NCBI GenBank assembly: GCA_964435165.1 | Contig: CAYSXY010000004.1 | Span: 14,686 to 78,685, forward strand | Length of the DNA stretch: 64,000 bases | Origin: an uncultured Rickettsiales bacterium | Lineage (GTDB): Bacteria > Pseudomonadota > Alphaproteobacteria > Rickettsiales > RI-342 | Reading direction: 5' to 3' | Part shown: positions 9,118-18,661 of the stretch, in pieces | Numbering within the stretch: the stretch's first letter is position 1 | How the letters are laid out: each line of letters opens with the position of its first letter | Notes under the pieces: generated by a model | The model's input: only the letters and a program-made list of their open reading frames with translations | Databases searched by the model: none | Told to the model about the DNA's origin: nothing | Made by a program: the position numbers and the translations under genes

Positions 9118-10584
9118 ATGGCCACCGACGACGATTCGCAATCGAAAAGATCAGGCAAAGGGGTTGCCCGACGTACGAACACAGCGCGTATCCGCCGTCG
9201 CCAGTTTAATCTGGCAGAAGCGTTGGATTTATTACAATTCTGCCGCAGAAAGGCAGGGCCTGCTGCACGGAAAGCCACATCCTCACCGCCGTCCCGCCCC
9301 ATAATGCAACCACCCTTAGCGGAGCGACAGAAGCAGCCAAGCGCAAAGCAACATGGTGATGCGCAACAGACAAAACCCAAACCGCTCCTCCTGAGAGCCA
9401 GTCATTTGCAGTTGCTTCATGATAAGGGCCTCTTGCCTTATCTGCTGCGACAGGTATCGTCACGTTCGTTATCGATTTCCATGATTGTGATCCAGGGCCC
9501 TGTACCGTTAGCACTCTGGCTACCATTGATGCAGGCGCATCATCTGCCCATTGCTCCTGCGGATGTCGTGGTCACCCCCGATGAATTACAGCAGCTACAG
9601 CGCAATGGTACGTTGGCGAGTATCCTCACTTCGCTTACGAGCAGGCGCACTCTCTCGCGTATTCGTTCCTTCACCGTCAGGGCAGCCGAGCATGGGCATG
9701 CGATCGTACCCATCCGTATCATCAAGCAGCTTTATAGCCATTTTCATGCACATTCGGTCATTCAATTCCATGGGCTTTCCATTGGGTGGGATGATCAACG
9801 GACAAGCGGAGTGGCGGCCGCGATCATCCGATGGGTATTGTCGCACAGTCGTGCAGGCAGTCAGCCTAGCCGCTTCATGCAATTGCATATTATTGGTTCG
9901 GGCACTGTCGCTGATTGTCGGTTGTTTGATGGCATCTCCCACTCGCATCTTGGTGCCCTGCCCGTTCACTTTGACCATTGCCGTTTGAGTGATCTAAAGC
10001 TTGATCTGAAAGAATTGGCGCAAGTACGCTTTTATCAATGTCAGTTGGATAATTTGTCCCTGAGCAACCGATATGGATTGCGCGGCATCAGGCCGCTGTT
10101 TCATGCGCAAAGCTCGCTACATATACTCGCATGCGATGACGCCGTGCCGCTGAATGAACTCTGTGATGCGTCAAGCAGGATGAGTCGTCCCTCGGCCGTC
10201 TATGTCAGTGATCCGATTGAGCGGATGGTGGAAGAATTATTCACACGTGACGGGGCATTGCGTGCACATCGCAGTGGACAGATTGATCCGCATAATGCAG
10301 ACCATGCGATGTTGCACCATAGCACGGCAACGCAGCGCCGTCACGAGCAATCCCGCGTCTCAGATGTGATTCATTCCCTGCTGCGACGTATGGTGCGTCA
10401 AAAAGCTGGCAAAGATACGGCTTCAGAGCGTCATGACGCTCGCCCACGTCCTTCCGACATTCGTATCACACGGCATGATTTGGATTCCTCGCCTGCGAAT
10501 GAGAATAGAAAAAACACTCAACGAGATAAGAAGAAATCGGTTGTGACATCGCGCAATCGCGAAAAACAGCGGATATATCACTAA
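9118..10584 (+). CDS. Hypothetical 488-aa protein with strongly basic termini and a possible leucine-rich-repeat-like core
   Basis: Long ORF with RBS aaggga. Arg/Lys-rich N- and C-termini. Segments of about 20 aa recur with an L..L.F..C.L pattern (e.g. VHFDHCRLSDLKLDL, VRFYQCQLDNLSLSN). Confidence 0.55.
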   Translation: MATDDDSQSKRSGKGVARRTNTARIRRRQFNLAEALDLLQFCRRKAGPAARKATSSPPSRPIMQPPLAERQKQPSAKQHGDAQQTKPKPLLLRASHLQLLHDKGLLPYLLRQVSSRSLSISMIVIQGPVPLALWLPLMQAHHLPIAPADVVVTPDELQQLQRNGTLASILTSLTSRRTLSRIRSFTVRAAEHGHAIVPIRIIKQLYSHFHAHSVIQFHGLSIGWDDQRTSGVAAAIIRWVLSHSRAGSQPSRFMQLHIIGSGTVADCRLFDGISHSHLGALPVHFDHCRLSDLKLDLKELAQVRFYQCQLDNLSLSNRYGLRGIRPLFHAQSSLHILACDDAVPLNELCDASSRMSRPSAVYVSDPIERMVEELFTRDGALRAHRSGQIDPHNADHAMLHHSTATQRRHEQSRVSDVIHSLLRRMVRQKAGKDTASERHDARPRPSDIRITRHDLDSSPANENRKNTQRDKKKSVVTSRNREKQRIYH

Positions 10585-10657
10585 AAAGCATTGCCACGCT
10601 CATTGCAATATAGCAATGAACGCGGCGGAGCTGGAGGGCCACTCTGATTCACCGATT

Positions 10658-11443
10658 CTAGAAGGGCGAGAGGACATCGATGATTTGTGTGCCATAGCGC
10701 GGCTGCTGCAAGTCGCTCAACTGGCCCTGACCTCCATAGACGACCCGTGCTTCCGCCAATTGCGACAGCTCAATTGTATTGTCCGCCTTGATATCTTCCG
10801 GCCGGATCACCCCGGTGACAGCCACCTGGCGCTTTTCATAATTGACGCGCACTTCCTGCTGACCATGAATCACCAGGTTACCATTCGGCAAGCGCTGCAC
10901 GACCAATGCGGCGATTTCCGTTTCAATCCGCTCCCGGCGCTGAATGATGCCCTGCCCAGTCGTGGTACTTTCCTGGTTTAGATCGAACAGATTAGTTTCA
11001 TCCGCATCCCCGGGAAGCAAACCGACAACGCGGCGCTCCAGCCCCCAAAGCGCCGGCACCTGCAGGCCTTCTTCCGACTCGCGCTCACGCTCGGTCAGAT
11101 TATCCAATTGTGCCCGGTCATTAATCTCGATTTTAACCGTGACAATATCCCCCACTCGGTTCGCCCGTTGATCGCGGAAAAACGCGCGACTGCCAGGCTG
11201 CCACAAGGAATTGGGATTACGGCGCACCGGCGTCGCTTTTTCCGGCATCGGCCAGCTCACCGGCTTATAATCCTGTTTTTCAACGGGGTTTTCAATGGTT
11301 GAGAGCGGAGGCTCTTTCCCAACTTTACTGAGCCGATCCATCGTTTCGGCACAGCCGGTCACCGTGAGCAGCATCAGGCTAATGCCCATCACCGTGACCC
11401 ATTGCGACAGGCTCCAGTGCGAATATGTACTTTGTTTTAACAT
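10658..11443 (-). CDS. flgH: Flagellar L-ring lipoprotein FlgH
   Basis: Lipobox LLTVTGC and conserved DQRANRVGDIVTV ... VNYEKRQVAVTGVIRPEDI. Confidence 0.9.
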   Translation of the reverse strand: MLKQSTYSHWSLSQWVTVMGISLMLLTVTGCAETMDRLSKVGKEPPLSTIENPVEKQDYKPVSWPMPEKATPVRRNPNSLWQPGSRAFFRDQRANRVGDIVTVKIEINDRAQLDNLTERERESEEGLQVPALWGLERRVVGLLPGDADETNLFDLNQESTTTGQGIIQRRERIETEIAALVVQRLPNGNLVIHGQQEVRVNYEKRQVAVTGVIRPEDIKADNTIELSQLAEARVVYGGQGQLSDLQQPRYGTQIIDVLSPF

Positions 11444-11464
11444 GTTATTCCCCTTTTCTTATTT

Positions 11465-12289
11465 TTAATGATGCACAGCTGCCAGTTGCGACAGATGATG
11501 CACCGGCACCATCACCACCACGCCAGGAGCCATCACTGTGCCTTTGACCGTTTTACCCGAACTACTGTTGCGCACGCCAATCAGCTGGCCTTCCGCCCCG
11601 TGCGACATTGCCACGCCCACAGTTTTAATTTCCAGATGTGGAGTGCGGTAAATCATTGTCACCAGATCATGCTTTCGAACTACATCCGGTTTTTCAACAT
11701 CACCCAGCCGAATCGGCCGACCCGCTGCCATTGGCCGTTTGGGCGACAGGCCCATCAGCCGTGACGGTTGATAGATCGTATCATCACGCAGCAAGGCACT
11801 GCTGACCAGTTGCCAACTGATATGTGATTCGGTAATCACCTCATCCGGCAACAAGCGCTGCGAGAGCACCGGCACCTCTACCAGCGAGACGAACCGTCCG
11901 GAGATAGTGAAACGTTGCCCTAGCTGCTCGGCGCTGTCTACCGTGCGCAGCACCGCATCCGCCTCAAAGCGTCCCGACTCTTCATCGACGCGATGGATGC
12001 TGATTTCCGGGACAAATACTTCCTGATGCTGATAAATCACCTCCGGATATTCACCAAACAAGGTAATTTCCAGTGGCTGCGCCTCACTGAGTCGCTGCTG
12101 CAACGCCTCACTCATGAACGCTACCAGGTGGGGTTTTTTCATCACCGTGACCGGAGCCGCAGCGTGCACCTCAGCCGCGCGTGCCTGCCCTTGCATGCCC
12201 CCTAGCATGATGACACTACACAGCAGTAACATACATGCAAGCCTCGCGACACTGTGTGCGCTATGATGAGTGTTACGATACATCGTCAC
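11465..12289 (-). CDS. flgA: Flagellar basal-body P-ring formation chaperone FlgA
   Basis: Signal peptide and a C-terminal SAF-like region (VRKHDLVTMIYRTPHLEIKTVGVAMSHGAEGQLIGVRN). It sits between flgH and flgG. Confidence 0.8.
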   Translation of the reverse strand: MTMYRNTHHSAHSVARLACMLLLCSVIMLGGMQGQARAAEVHAAAPVTVMKKPHLVAFMSEALQQRLSEAQPLEITLFGEYPEVIYQHQEVFVPEISIHRVDEESGRFEADAVLRTVDSAEQLGQRFTISGRFVSLVEVPVLSQRLLPDEVITESHISWQLVSSALLRDDTIYQPSRLMGLSPKRPMAAGRPIRLGDVEKPDVVRKHDLVTMIYRTPHLEIKTVGVAMSHGAEGQLIGVRNSSSGKTVKGTVMAPGVVVMVPVHHLSQLAAVHH

Positions 12290-12297
12290 CTCCTCTC

Positions 12298-13086
12298 TTA
12301 GCGTTTGGAGCTATTGGCCGACTGCAACATCTCGTCAGTCGTGGTGATGACTTTGGAATTCATCTCATAGGCCCGCTGCGCCGTAATCAAATTGGTGATT
12401 TCATTGATGGGATTCACATTCGATGTCTCAACGAATCCCTGCATGATTTCGCCAAAATTCTGCTCGGTCGGCACGCCGAGAATCGGCTGGCCGGAGGCAA
12501 TTGTCTCTTTGAACATATTGCCGCCAATAGCCTCCATCCCGGCATCATTAATAAAGGTGGCCAATTCAAATTGCCCCAATTCTTCACTTTCAATCTGGTC
12601 CTGGAATGTCACCTGAATCACGCCGTCACGGCTGATGGTGATGTCTTTCGCATCTTCCGGCACAACAATGCCCGGCAGCACCAGATAGCCTTCCGAGGTA
12701 ACAATTTCACCCTCAGGGCTGAGCTTGAAGCTACCGTCTCGCGTATAGGCAATCTGGCCATCCGGCAGTTCGATTTGCAGCCAGCCATCGCCATTAACGG
12801 CAATATCCAGCGGATTTTCCGTGCGATCCAGTGTGCCCTGTTCAAAGGTGCGGTAGACCGACCCGGGTTTGACGCCAAGGCCCATTTGAATACCTGTTGG
12901 CACGACCGTTCCCACATCCGAGGTTTGTGTGCCGACACGTCGCTGATTTTGATAAATCAAATCCTGAAACTGCGCTTTTTGCCGCTTATAGGCGGATGTC
13001 GTCATATTCGCGATGTTGTTCGAGGTGACCTCGATATTGGTTTGCTGTGCCAGCATTCCGGTGGTGGCGATAAATAGTGAACGCAT
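12298..13086 (-). CDS. flgG: Flagellar basal-body distal rod protein FlgG
   Basis: MRSLFIATTGMLAQQTNIEVTSNNIANMTTSAYK N-terminus and a C-terminal ITAQRAYEMNSKVI rod motif. Confidence 0.93.
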   Translation of the reverse strand: MRSLFIATTGMLAQQTNIEVTSNNIANMTTSAYKRQKAQFQDLIYQNQRRVGTQTSDVGTVVPTGIQMGLGVKPGSVYRTFEQGTLDRTENPLDIAVNGDGWLQIELPDGQIAYTRDGSFKLSPEGEIVTSEGYLVLPGIVVPEDAKDITISRDGVIQVTFQDQIESEELGQFELATFINDAGMEAIGGNMFKETIASGQPILGVPTEQNFGEIMQGFVETSNVNPINEITNLITAQRAYEMNSKVITTTDEMLQSANSSKR

Positions 13087-13107
13087 GATGCTATCCCTTT
13101 CTTGATC

Positions 13108-13839
13108 TTATCTATTGCTTTGCTGAGCCCAGGCATCCATCGCCCGACGCTGTAAATCATAAGCCGTGTCCATAAATTGCGAGGTGCTGCTGACGCGGCG
13201 GCTTGTTTCAATCATTTTGGTCAGTTCCACGATGGACTGCACGTTGGAACGCTCCAAAAACCCCTGTGCGATTTTGAATTCCGTGACATTGGCATTGAGT
13301 GGTGGATCGTCCGTGGCGTAGATGGTCGCACTCAAACGCTGCAAATTTTGTTGATTCGCAAAAGTGACGACATTCATCCGCGCCAGCTCATCACCATCGA
13401 CGATAATGAGGCCATCCTCGGCAAAGGTAATCTCCCGTGCATCTTCAGGAATCAGGATATTCTGACCGCCCAATTGTAATAGCGGAGCTCCGGAATCCGT
13501 CACTAACCGCCCGGTCGGATCGATCTGCAAACTCCCAGCGCGCGTATAGGCCGGCCCATTAGCGGTTTCTACCTGAAGAAATGCGTCACCTTGAATGGCG
13601 ATATCCAACATGCGATTCGTTTGCTCCAGTGCCCCATCCTGTATGTCGCGATACATACGCAAATCCTGAGCAAACGAGATTTTTTGGCCATTCCCGTTCG
13701 GCACGGTCCAATCCGTCAGCATAAAATCATTGCGCTTGTAGGACGTTGTGTTGGCATTGGCGATATTATTGGCCACCGTATTCAGGTTGCGAAATTGCAC
13801 CAATTGCTTCGACAGCGCGATATATATTGAATTATCCAT
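13108..13839 (-). CDS. flgF: Flagellar basal-body rod protein FlgF
   Basis: MDNSIYIALSKQ...ANNIANANTTSYKR and a C-terminal rod motif. The start is set at the internal ATG (13839) rather than the track start. Confidence 0.88.
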   Translation of the reverse strand: MDNSIYIALSKQLVQFRNLNTVANNIANANTTSYKRNDFMLTDWTVPNGNGQKISFAQDLRMYRDIQDGALEQTNRMLDIAIQGDAFLQVETANGPAYTRAGSLQIDPTGRLVTDSGAPLLQLGGQNILIPEDAREITFAEDGLIIVDGDELARMNVVTFANQQNLQRLSATIYATDDPPLNANVTEFKIAQGFLERSNVQSIVELTKMIETSRRVSSTSQFMDTAYDLQRRAMDAWAQQSNR

Positions 13840-13969
13840 AAATCGGTCACTCTTACCTGTGCACATTCATGATGTTTCACCAGATCAATGCATGCATCGT
13901 GCCAACTTTTAGATTTCGGTCAGGAGAGAAGGGTTATCGTGAGCGCACACTAAGGCTTACGGGCCCATT

Positions 13970-14000
13970 TTAGTTAGTGTCGTCACGAGATGGAGAATGC
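13970..14000 (+). promoter_or_regulatory. Copy 2 of the shared upstream motif
   Basis: ttagttagtgtcgtcacgagatg is 21/23 identical to 20210-20232. It lies about 175-200 nt upstream of fliL in the flgF/fliL divergent region. Confidence 0.35.
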
Positions 14001-14173
14001 ACTATCACTTCGCTGCCTGAGCGCTATGATGATGAGAAAAATACAGGCTGGATTATCGCCCATAAACCAATAAATTTAGACGAACTGTAACCTTTCCTAA
14101 AGGTTTGGTAACCAGCTTATGGCATAATTAATGCATCATATGATGTGTATCATGTAAAATCAGCGGTGGAATC

Positions 14174-14770
14174 ATGGCAGACGATAACGAATCAGCAGAT
14201 GGCTCGCAGGAAGAAGGCTCACTTGAGCTGGAGGAAGAGGGCAAAAAAAGCGGTAAGAAAAAAATTATCTTGCTGCTGATTATTGTGCTGGTGCTGGTTG
14301 GTGGCGGTGTTGGTGTCTTTATGAGCGGTATTTTGGGCGGTGGCGAGGCTGAACAGGCAGCGGCCGATGAACAAGGGGGCGCATTGCAAGACGACATGGC
14401 CAGTGAGCCAGGTGGTCCGGATAATACCGGAGCAAAATCGAGTGCGTCGGGAGAGCCGATGCCGAGCCTCTATTTTTATGAATTACCGGAATTTCTGGTA
14501 AATCTGAATAGCGGCGATACGCGCCGCGGATTTCTTAAAATGTCTATTTCCATTGAAGTAGAAAACGAAGATGCCATGGAGAAATTACAGGAATTTCAGC
14601 CTCGTATTCAGGATGCTTTTCAAACCTATTTAAGACAATTGCGCCCAAGCGACCTGCAGGGTTCTGCGGGATTATATCGTCTGCGCGAGGAACTGATGCT
14701 TCGACTGAACAAAGCGGTCTACCCCGTTGAAGTGAATGACATTTTGTTCAAGGAAATTATTGTACAATAA
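14174..14770 (+). CDS. fliL: Flagellar basal-body-associated protein FliL
   Basis: Single TM helix and a conserved C-terminal domain (LPEFLVNLN...FLKMSISIEV...LFKEIIVQ). The N-terminus is acidic. Confidence 0.88.
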   Translation: MADDNESADGSQEEGSLELEEEGKKSGKKKIILLLIIVLVLVGGGVGVFMSGILGGGEAEQAAADEQGGALQDDMASEPGGPDNTGAKSSASGEPMPSLYFYELPEFLVNLNSGDTRRGFLKMSISIEVENEDAMEKLQEFQPRIQDAFQTYLRQLRPSDLQGSAGLYRLREELMLRLNKAVYPVEVNDILFKEIIVQ

Positions 14771-14788
14771 ATATAGTAACCGACACAG

Positions 14789-15958
14789 ATGGCCGAAGAC
14801 GACGATATCGAGAATACGGATGATTCCGGGGCAGAGATGACCGAGGATGACATGGCTGCGGCCATGGCGGCGGAGGCAGAAGGTGATGACAGCGACGCCG
14901 ATGATGTGGCCGCCGAATGGGAGGCCATGCTCGACGAAGATGGAGATGGCGAGGATGAGGATGGTGAAATTGCCGATGAGTTAGGTAGCTCACGCGTTCT
15001 CAACCAGGATGAGATTGACAGCCTGCTCGGTTTTGACAGCGATGAAGATGGCGACGGTAATAACACCGGAATCAACGCCATTTTAGATAAGGCGCTCATG
15101 GCATATGAGCGTCTGCCGATGCTGGAGATCGTGTTTGACCGCCTGGTGCGGATGAACTCTACCAGCCTGCGTAATTTTATGTCCGACAATGTCGATGTCA
15201 GCATTGATTCAATGACCTCGTTGCGCTTTGGAGATTATCTCAACTCCATTCCCCTGCCGGCCATGATTTTTGTGTTCAAAGCGCAGGAATGGGAAAATTA
15301 TGGCCTGATTACCGTCGATAGCTCCCTGATCTACTCGGTCGTCGACGTCTTGCTTGGCGGGCGGCGCACCAATCGCCCGGTACGGATTGAAGGCCGCCCT
15401 TATACCACCATTGAGCAGGAATTATGTCGCAGCATGGTAGATGTATCCTTAGCGGATATGAGTGCATCCTTCGATCCGATCAGCCCGGTCACCTTCCAAC
15501 TGGATCGGTTGGAGACCAATCCGCGTTTCGCAACAATTGCCCGGCCTGGTAATGCGGCCATTCTGGTTCGTTTGCGGATTGATATGGAAGAACGCGGCGG
15601 TAATCTGGAGATTTTGCTACCTCATGCGACACTTGAGCCTATCCGTGATTTACTGCTGCAGATGTTCATGGGCGAAAAATTCGGTCGCGACTCGGTGTGG
15701 GAATCATATCTCGGGCAGGAAGTCCGTAACACGGACATTCAGATTGAAGCGATTTTGAATGAGAAAACCATGAATCTGCAGGATGTCATGAATTTCAAGG
15801 TTGGTAGCACCATTCTGATGAATTCCCGGCCCGAAGAAGATGTGATTCTACGCTGCAAAGGGATTGACTTGCTGGCCGGTACATTGGGGCGTATTAATGA
15901 ACATGTAGCCGTTAAAGTGAAAAAGCACATAAAGCCGGAAACGGGGAGTGACTTATGA
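14789..15958 (+). CDS. fliM: Flagellar motor switch protein FliM
   Basis: CheY-P binding motif LNQDEIDSLL follows an acidic extension of about 65 aa. Conserved FliM middle and C-terminal domains are present. Confidence 0.9.
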   Translation: MAEDDDIENTDDSGAEMTEDDMAAAMAAEAEGDDSDADDVAAEWEAMLDEDGDGEDEDGEIADELGSSRVLNQDEIDSLLGFDSDEDGDGNNTGINAILDKALMAYERLPMLEIVFDRLVRMNSTSLRNFMSDNVDVSIDSMTSLRFGDYLNSIPLPAMIFVFKAQEWENYGLITVDSSLIYSVVDVLLGGRRTNRPVRIEGRPYTTIEQELCRSMVDVSLADMSASFDPISPVTFQLDRLETNPRFATIARPGNAAILVRLRIDMEERGGNLEILLPHATLEPIRDLLLQMFMGEKFGRDSVWESYLGQEVRNTDIQIEAILNEKTMNLQDVMNFKVGSTILMNSRPEEDVILRCKGIDLLAGTLGRINEHVAVKVKKHIKPETGSDL

Positions 15959-16491
15959 GTGAGATTGTGTCCCTAGTCATTGATGGCATTATCACGACGT
16001 TGCTGATTGTCACGATTTACTACTGTGTGAAGCTGAACCGCTACATTGCTGCCATTCGCGACAGCAGAAGTGAACTGGCAGAAGTGATCACTGCGTTTGA
16101 TGAAGCCACCTTGCGTGCGCAAAAGAGTATCACGGAGTTGAAAGCCTCTACCCGTAAAACCGCCGAGCATTTACAAGTACGTATCGAAAAAGCAGAATTC
16201 ATTGCTGATGATCTGGCATATATCCTGGACAAAGCAAATAAGGCTGCGGGCAGACTGGGCAGCCAAACAGAAGCCAATGCAGGTGTCACAAGCGGAAAAC
16301 AAAGTGCGCCTAGCAGCTCATCATCGGCCGCAGCCCCCGCCAGCGGGAATAATGGGTTAGAAAAAATCGCATCCAAATCGGTGAAGCGGCAGGCTGAAGG
16401 ACGAGACACGCCATCGACTTCTGCGAATGCTGACAGTGAGCCCACCCAGGCTGAAAAAGCACTGATGGAAGCACTCAAATCTATTCGATAA
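15955..16491 (+). CDS. Membrane-anchored coiled-coil protein of alpha flagellar clusters (DUF6468-like)
   Basis: The start overlaps the fliM stop (ATGA). It has an N-terminal TM helix, a coiled coil and a Ser/Ala-rich tail. The family assignment is from memory only. Confidence 0.5.
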   Translation: MSEIVSLVIDGIITTLLIVTIYYCVKLNRYIAAIRDSRSELAEVITAFDEATLRAQKSITELKASTRKTAEHLQVRIEKAEFIADDLAYILDKANKAAGRLGSQTEANAGVTSGKQSAPSSSSSAAAPASGNNGLEKIASKSVKRQAEGRDTPSTSANADSEPTQAEKALMEALKSIR

Positions 16492-16507
16492 GGACATCTG
16501 CTGATTC

Positions 16508-17215
16508 ATGCGCATTATTCCCCTCACCATTCTGGCCTTAGTGTTTGCATTGGTCTTTCGGCTTGAAAATCTCGTCTCCGGGGCATTGGAAGTTGCCAGC
16601 GGCCAGACACCGGAATTGGCGGTTGCACAGGCGATTGCTGAGGAAACTGATGGAGAGGAGACAAGCGCGGATGATGAAGTGACTTCCGCTGATGAGGCCT
16701 CGACTCCCGCTCCGGCGGAGATTGATGAGAGCCCCGCCATGGATGCAATGAATACGAGTAATTGTTCTTTTTCTCAGATTGAAATCGACCTGCTGCAGAG
16801 CCTGAGCAAACGTCGCGAGGCGCTGGAAGAACGTGAAAAGGAACTTCGACTCAAGGACAATATTCTGCGCGCTACCGAGATGAAAATCGATGAGAAAATC
16901 GATGAAATGCGCGAATTGAAAAAAACGCTGGATGATTTGCTGTCACTCTATAATGACAAAGAACAACAGAAAATACGCAGTCTGGTGAAGGTGTATGAAA
17001 ATATGAAACCGAAAGATGCGGCGCGTATTTTCGAAGAAATGGATATGGATATCCTGCTGCAAGTCATCGATAAAATGAGTGAACGTAAGATCGCTCCGAT
17101 TCTGGCCAACCTCACGCCCACCCGCGCGCAGGCTGTGACGGCAGAATTGGCCAATCAACGAAAGCTGCCGGATATCGGTCTGGATGAGGATATGCCGCCG
17201 CCGACCCTTAATTAA
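16508..17215 (+). CDS. MotE / MgtE_N-like flagellar protein
   Basis: Signal/anchor, an acidic linker, and a C-terminal MKPKDAARIFEEMDMDILLQVIDKMSERKIAPILANL (MgtE-N/FliG-like repeat typical of MotE/FlbB). Confidence 0.65.
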   Translation: MRIIPLTILALVFALVFRLENLVSGALEVASGQTPELAVAQAIAEETDGEETSADDEVTSADEASTPAPAEIDESPAMDAMNTSNCSFSQIEIDLLQSLSKRREALEEREKELRLKDNILRATEMKIDEKIDEMRELKKTLDDLLSLYNDKEQQKIRSLVKVYENMKPKDAARIFEEMDMDILLQVIDKMSERKIAPILANLTPTRAQAVTAELANQRKLPDIGLDEDMPPPTLN

Positions 17216-17468
17216 ATATTGTCGCCAGCTATTGCACTGCATTAACGTTTTTTTGACCGAGCCTCTTTACAACTTAACTGTGTTTGGAGAATTTCTATCC
17301 GGAAATTCATTGGCGCTTATGCTGCGCCAGACAGACGCATCATCAGGTGCAATGCGTGTTGTGCCGACAAATCGATTCAACCGGTGTGTGAACATTAATT
17401 GAACCGACAGCAAGTGAAACAATTGGGATCAACGCCCACTGAACAGCGTAAAGCATAAGGAGAGTATA

Positions 17469-17855
17469 ATGGCGGTCGATAAGAATATGAATGTGCTTAT
17501 CGTGGATGATTATAAAACCATGCTGCGAATCATTAAAAACCTGCTGAATCAGATTGGCTTTGCCAATGTGGATGAAGCCACAGACGGCACCATGGCGCTG
17601 GAGAAGATATCGCAAAAAGAATATGGCCTGGTCATTTCCGATTGGAATATGGAACCGATGTCTGGCTTTGAACTGCTCAAGCAAGTGCGCGCAGAAGACA
17701 AAACAAAGGAATTACCTTTCATCATGATCACCGCTGAAAGCAAAACGGAAAATGTGATTGAGGCGAAAAAAGCCGGCGTGTCCAACTACATCGTCAAGCC
17801 GTTCAATGCCAATGTGCTTAAAGATAAAATCGCCAGCGTTCTGGGCCCGTTTTAA
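17469..17855 (+). CDS. cheY: Chemotaxis response regulator CheY
   Basis: Single REC domain with VDD acidic pocket, phospho-acceptor in VISDWNMEPMSG and IVKPF lysine. 128 aa. Confidence 0.9.
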   Translation: MAVDKNMNVLIVDDYKTMLRIIKNLLNQIGFANVDEATDGTMALEKISQKEYGLVISDWNMEPMSGFELLKQVRAEDKTKELPFIMITAESKTENVIEAKKAGVSNYIVKPFNANVLKDKIASVLGPF

Positions 17856-17907
17856 GGTGGTTATGACTGCCTGAAACATCATTGAGCGTTGGAATGGAGT
17901 ATCACCG

Positions 17908-18552
17908 ATGAAAAGTTTTGAAGAACTTCATGGCGATTTGCAGCAGCTGTTTCGTCAAATGCGTGACGCCAAGGGCGAGAGCATCGATGTCAAGGATCTG
18001 ACGGACGCGCTGGGTACAATTGTTCAGGATATGGAGCGGACCGTCTCGCATGAGGATGGTTTGCTTACTGAACTAAAAGGTATTCTGGCCTATATTGAAA
18101 AAACCAAAAAAGACCTCAGTTCTCCGCTGAGTGACATTCAGGAAAGTCTACTGGTGTCCGATGCGAGCGAAGAATTGATGGCAGTGGTTAAAACCACGGA
18201 AGAAGCAACCAACCGCATTCTGGATGCGGCTGAGGGCATTCAAAGTAGCCTGGCAGACGTCGATCCGGAAGATGCGCGCGAACGTATCAACACTGCGTCA
18301 ATGGAGATTATTGAGGCCTGTAACTTTCAGGATTTGACCGGGCAGCGACTGCGCAAGGTTATTGATACGATTTCCTACATCGAAGATCGACTTCGTCAAC
18401 TCCTGGGCGAAGCACCGTTATCAGCCGATGCTGCGCAGAAATTCCGTAAAAGCGACCGCCCGGATGAAGATCTGATGAATGGCCCCGGCAAGCTAGATGA
18501 GACGCCAACGCAAGATGATATCGATGCCATTTTCAATAATCCTGATACATGA
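17908..18552 (+). CDS. cheZ: CheZ-family CheY-P phosphatase
   Basis: Active-site motif NFQDLTGQRLRKV (the Asp/Gln pair of CheZ) and an acidic/hydrophobic C-terminal peptide DDIDAIF. 214 aa, directly after cheY. Confidence 0.8.
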   Translation: MKSFEELHGDLQQLFRQMRDAKGESIDVKDLTDALGTIVQDMERTVSHEDGLLTELKGILAYIEKTKKDLSSPLSDIQESLLVSDASEELMAVVKTTEEATNRILDAAEGIQSSLADVDPEDARERINTASMEIIEACNFQDLTGQRLRKVIDTISYIEDRLRQLLGEAPLSADAAQKFRKSDRPDEDLMNGPGKLDETPTQDDIDAIFNNPDT

Positions 18553-18661
18553 TGCTTGCCGCTAAGCTGACGGATAAGTGAGCGCTTAAGAACAATCTTT
18601 ACGAATTCTTTGGCTTTATGCGCCAGTGCTAAGGAAGAATAGTCGAACCTAACTGGCGCGC

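Noticed and set aside
11070-11100. Possible second in-frame repeat copy inside flgH (gactcgcgctcacgctc resembles gactcgcgatgctcgc)
   Set aside because: The match is only about 12-13 nt of similarity within a normally conserved FlgH region with no extra residues. It is most likely chance.
12235-13077. 280-aa + strand ORF
   Set aside because: It is entirely antisense to the strongly conserved flgG CDS. Its product is low-complexity with no motifs, so it is a shadow ORF.
17216-17468. Sigma-28 or CtrA promoter upstream of cheY
   Set aside because: GCCGACAA resembles the sigma-28 -10 element but there is no TAAA -35 at the right spacing. TTAA-N7-TTGA at about 17240 is only a half-match to the CtrA box. 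The evidence is too weak to call.
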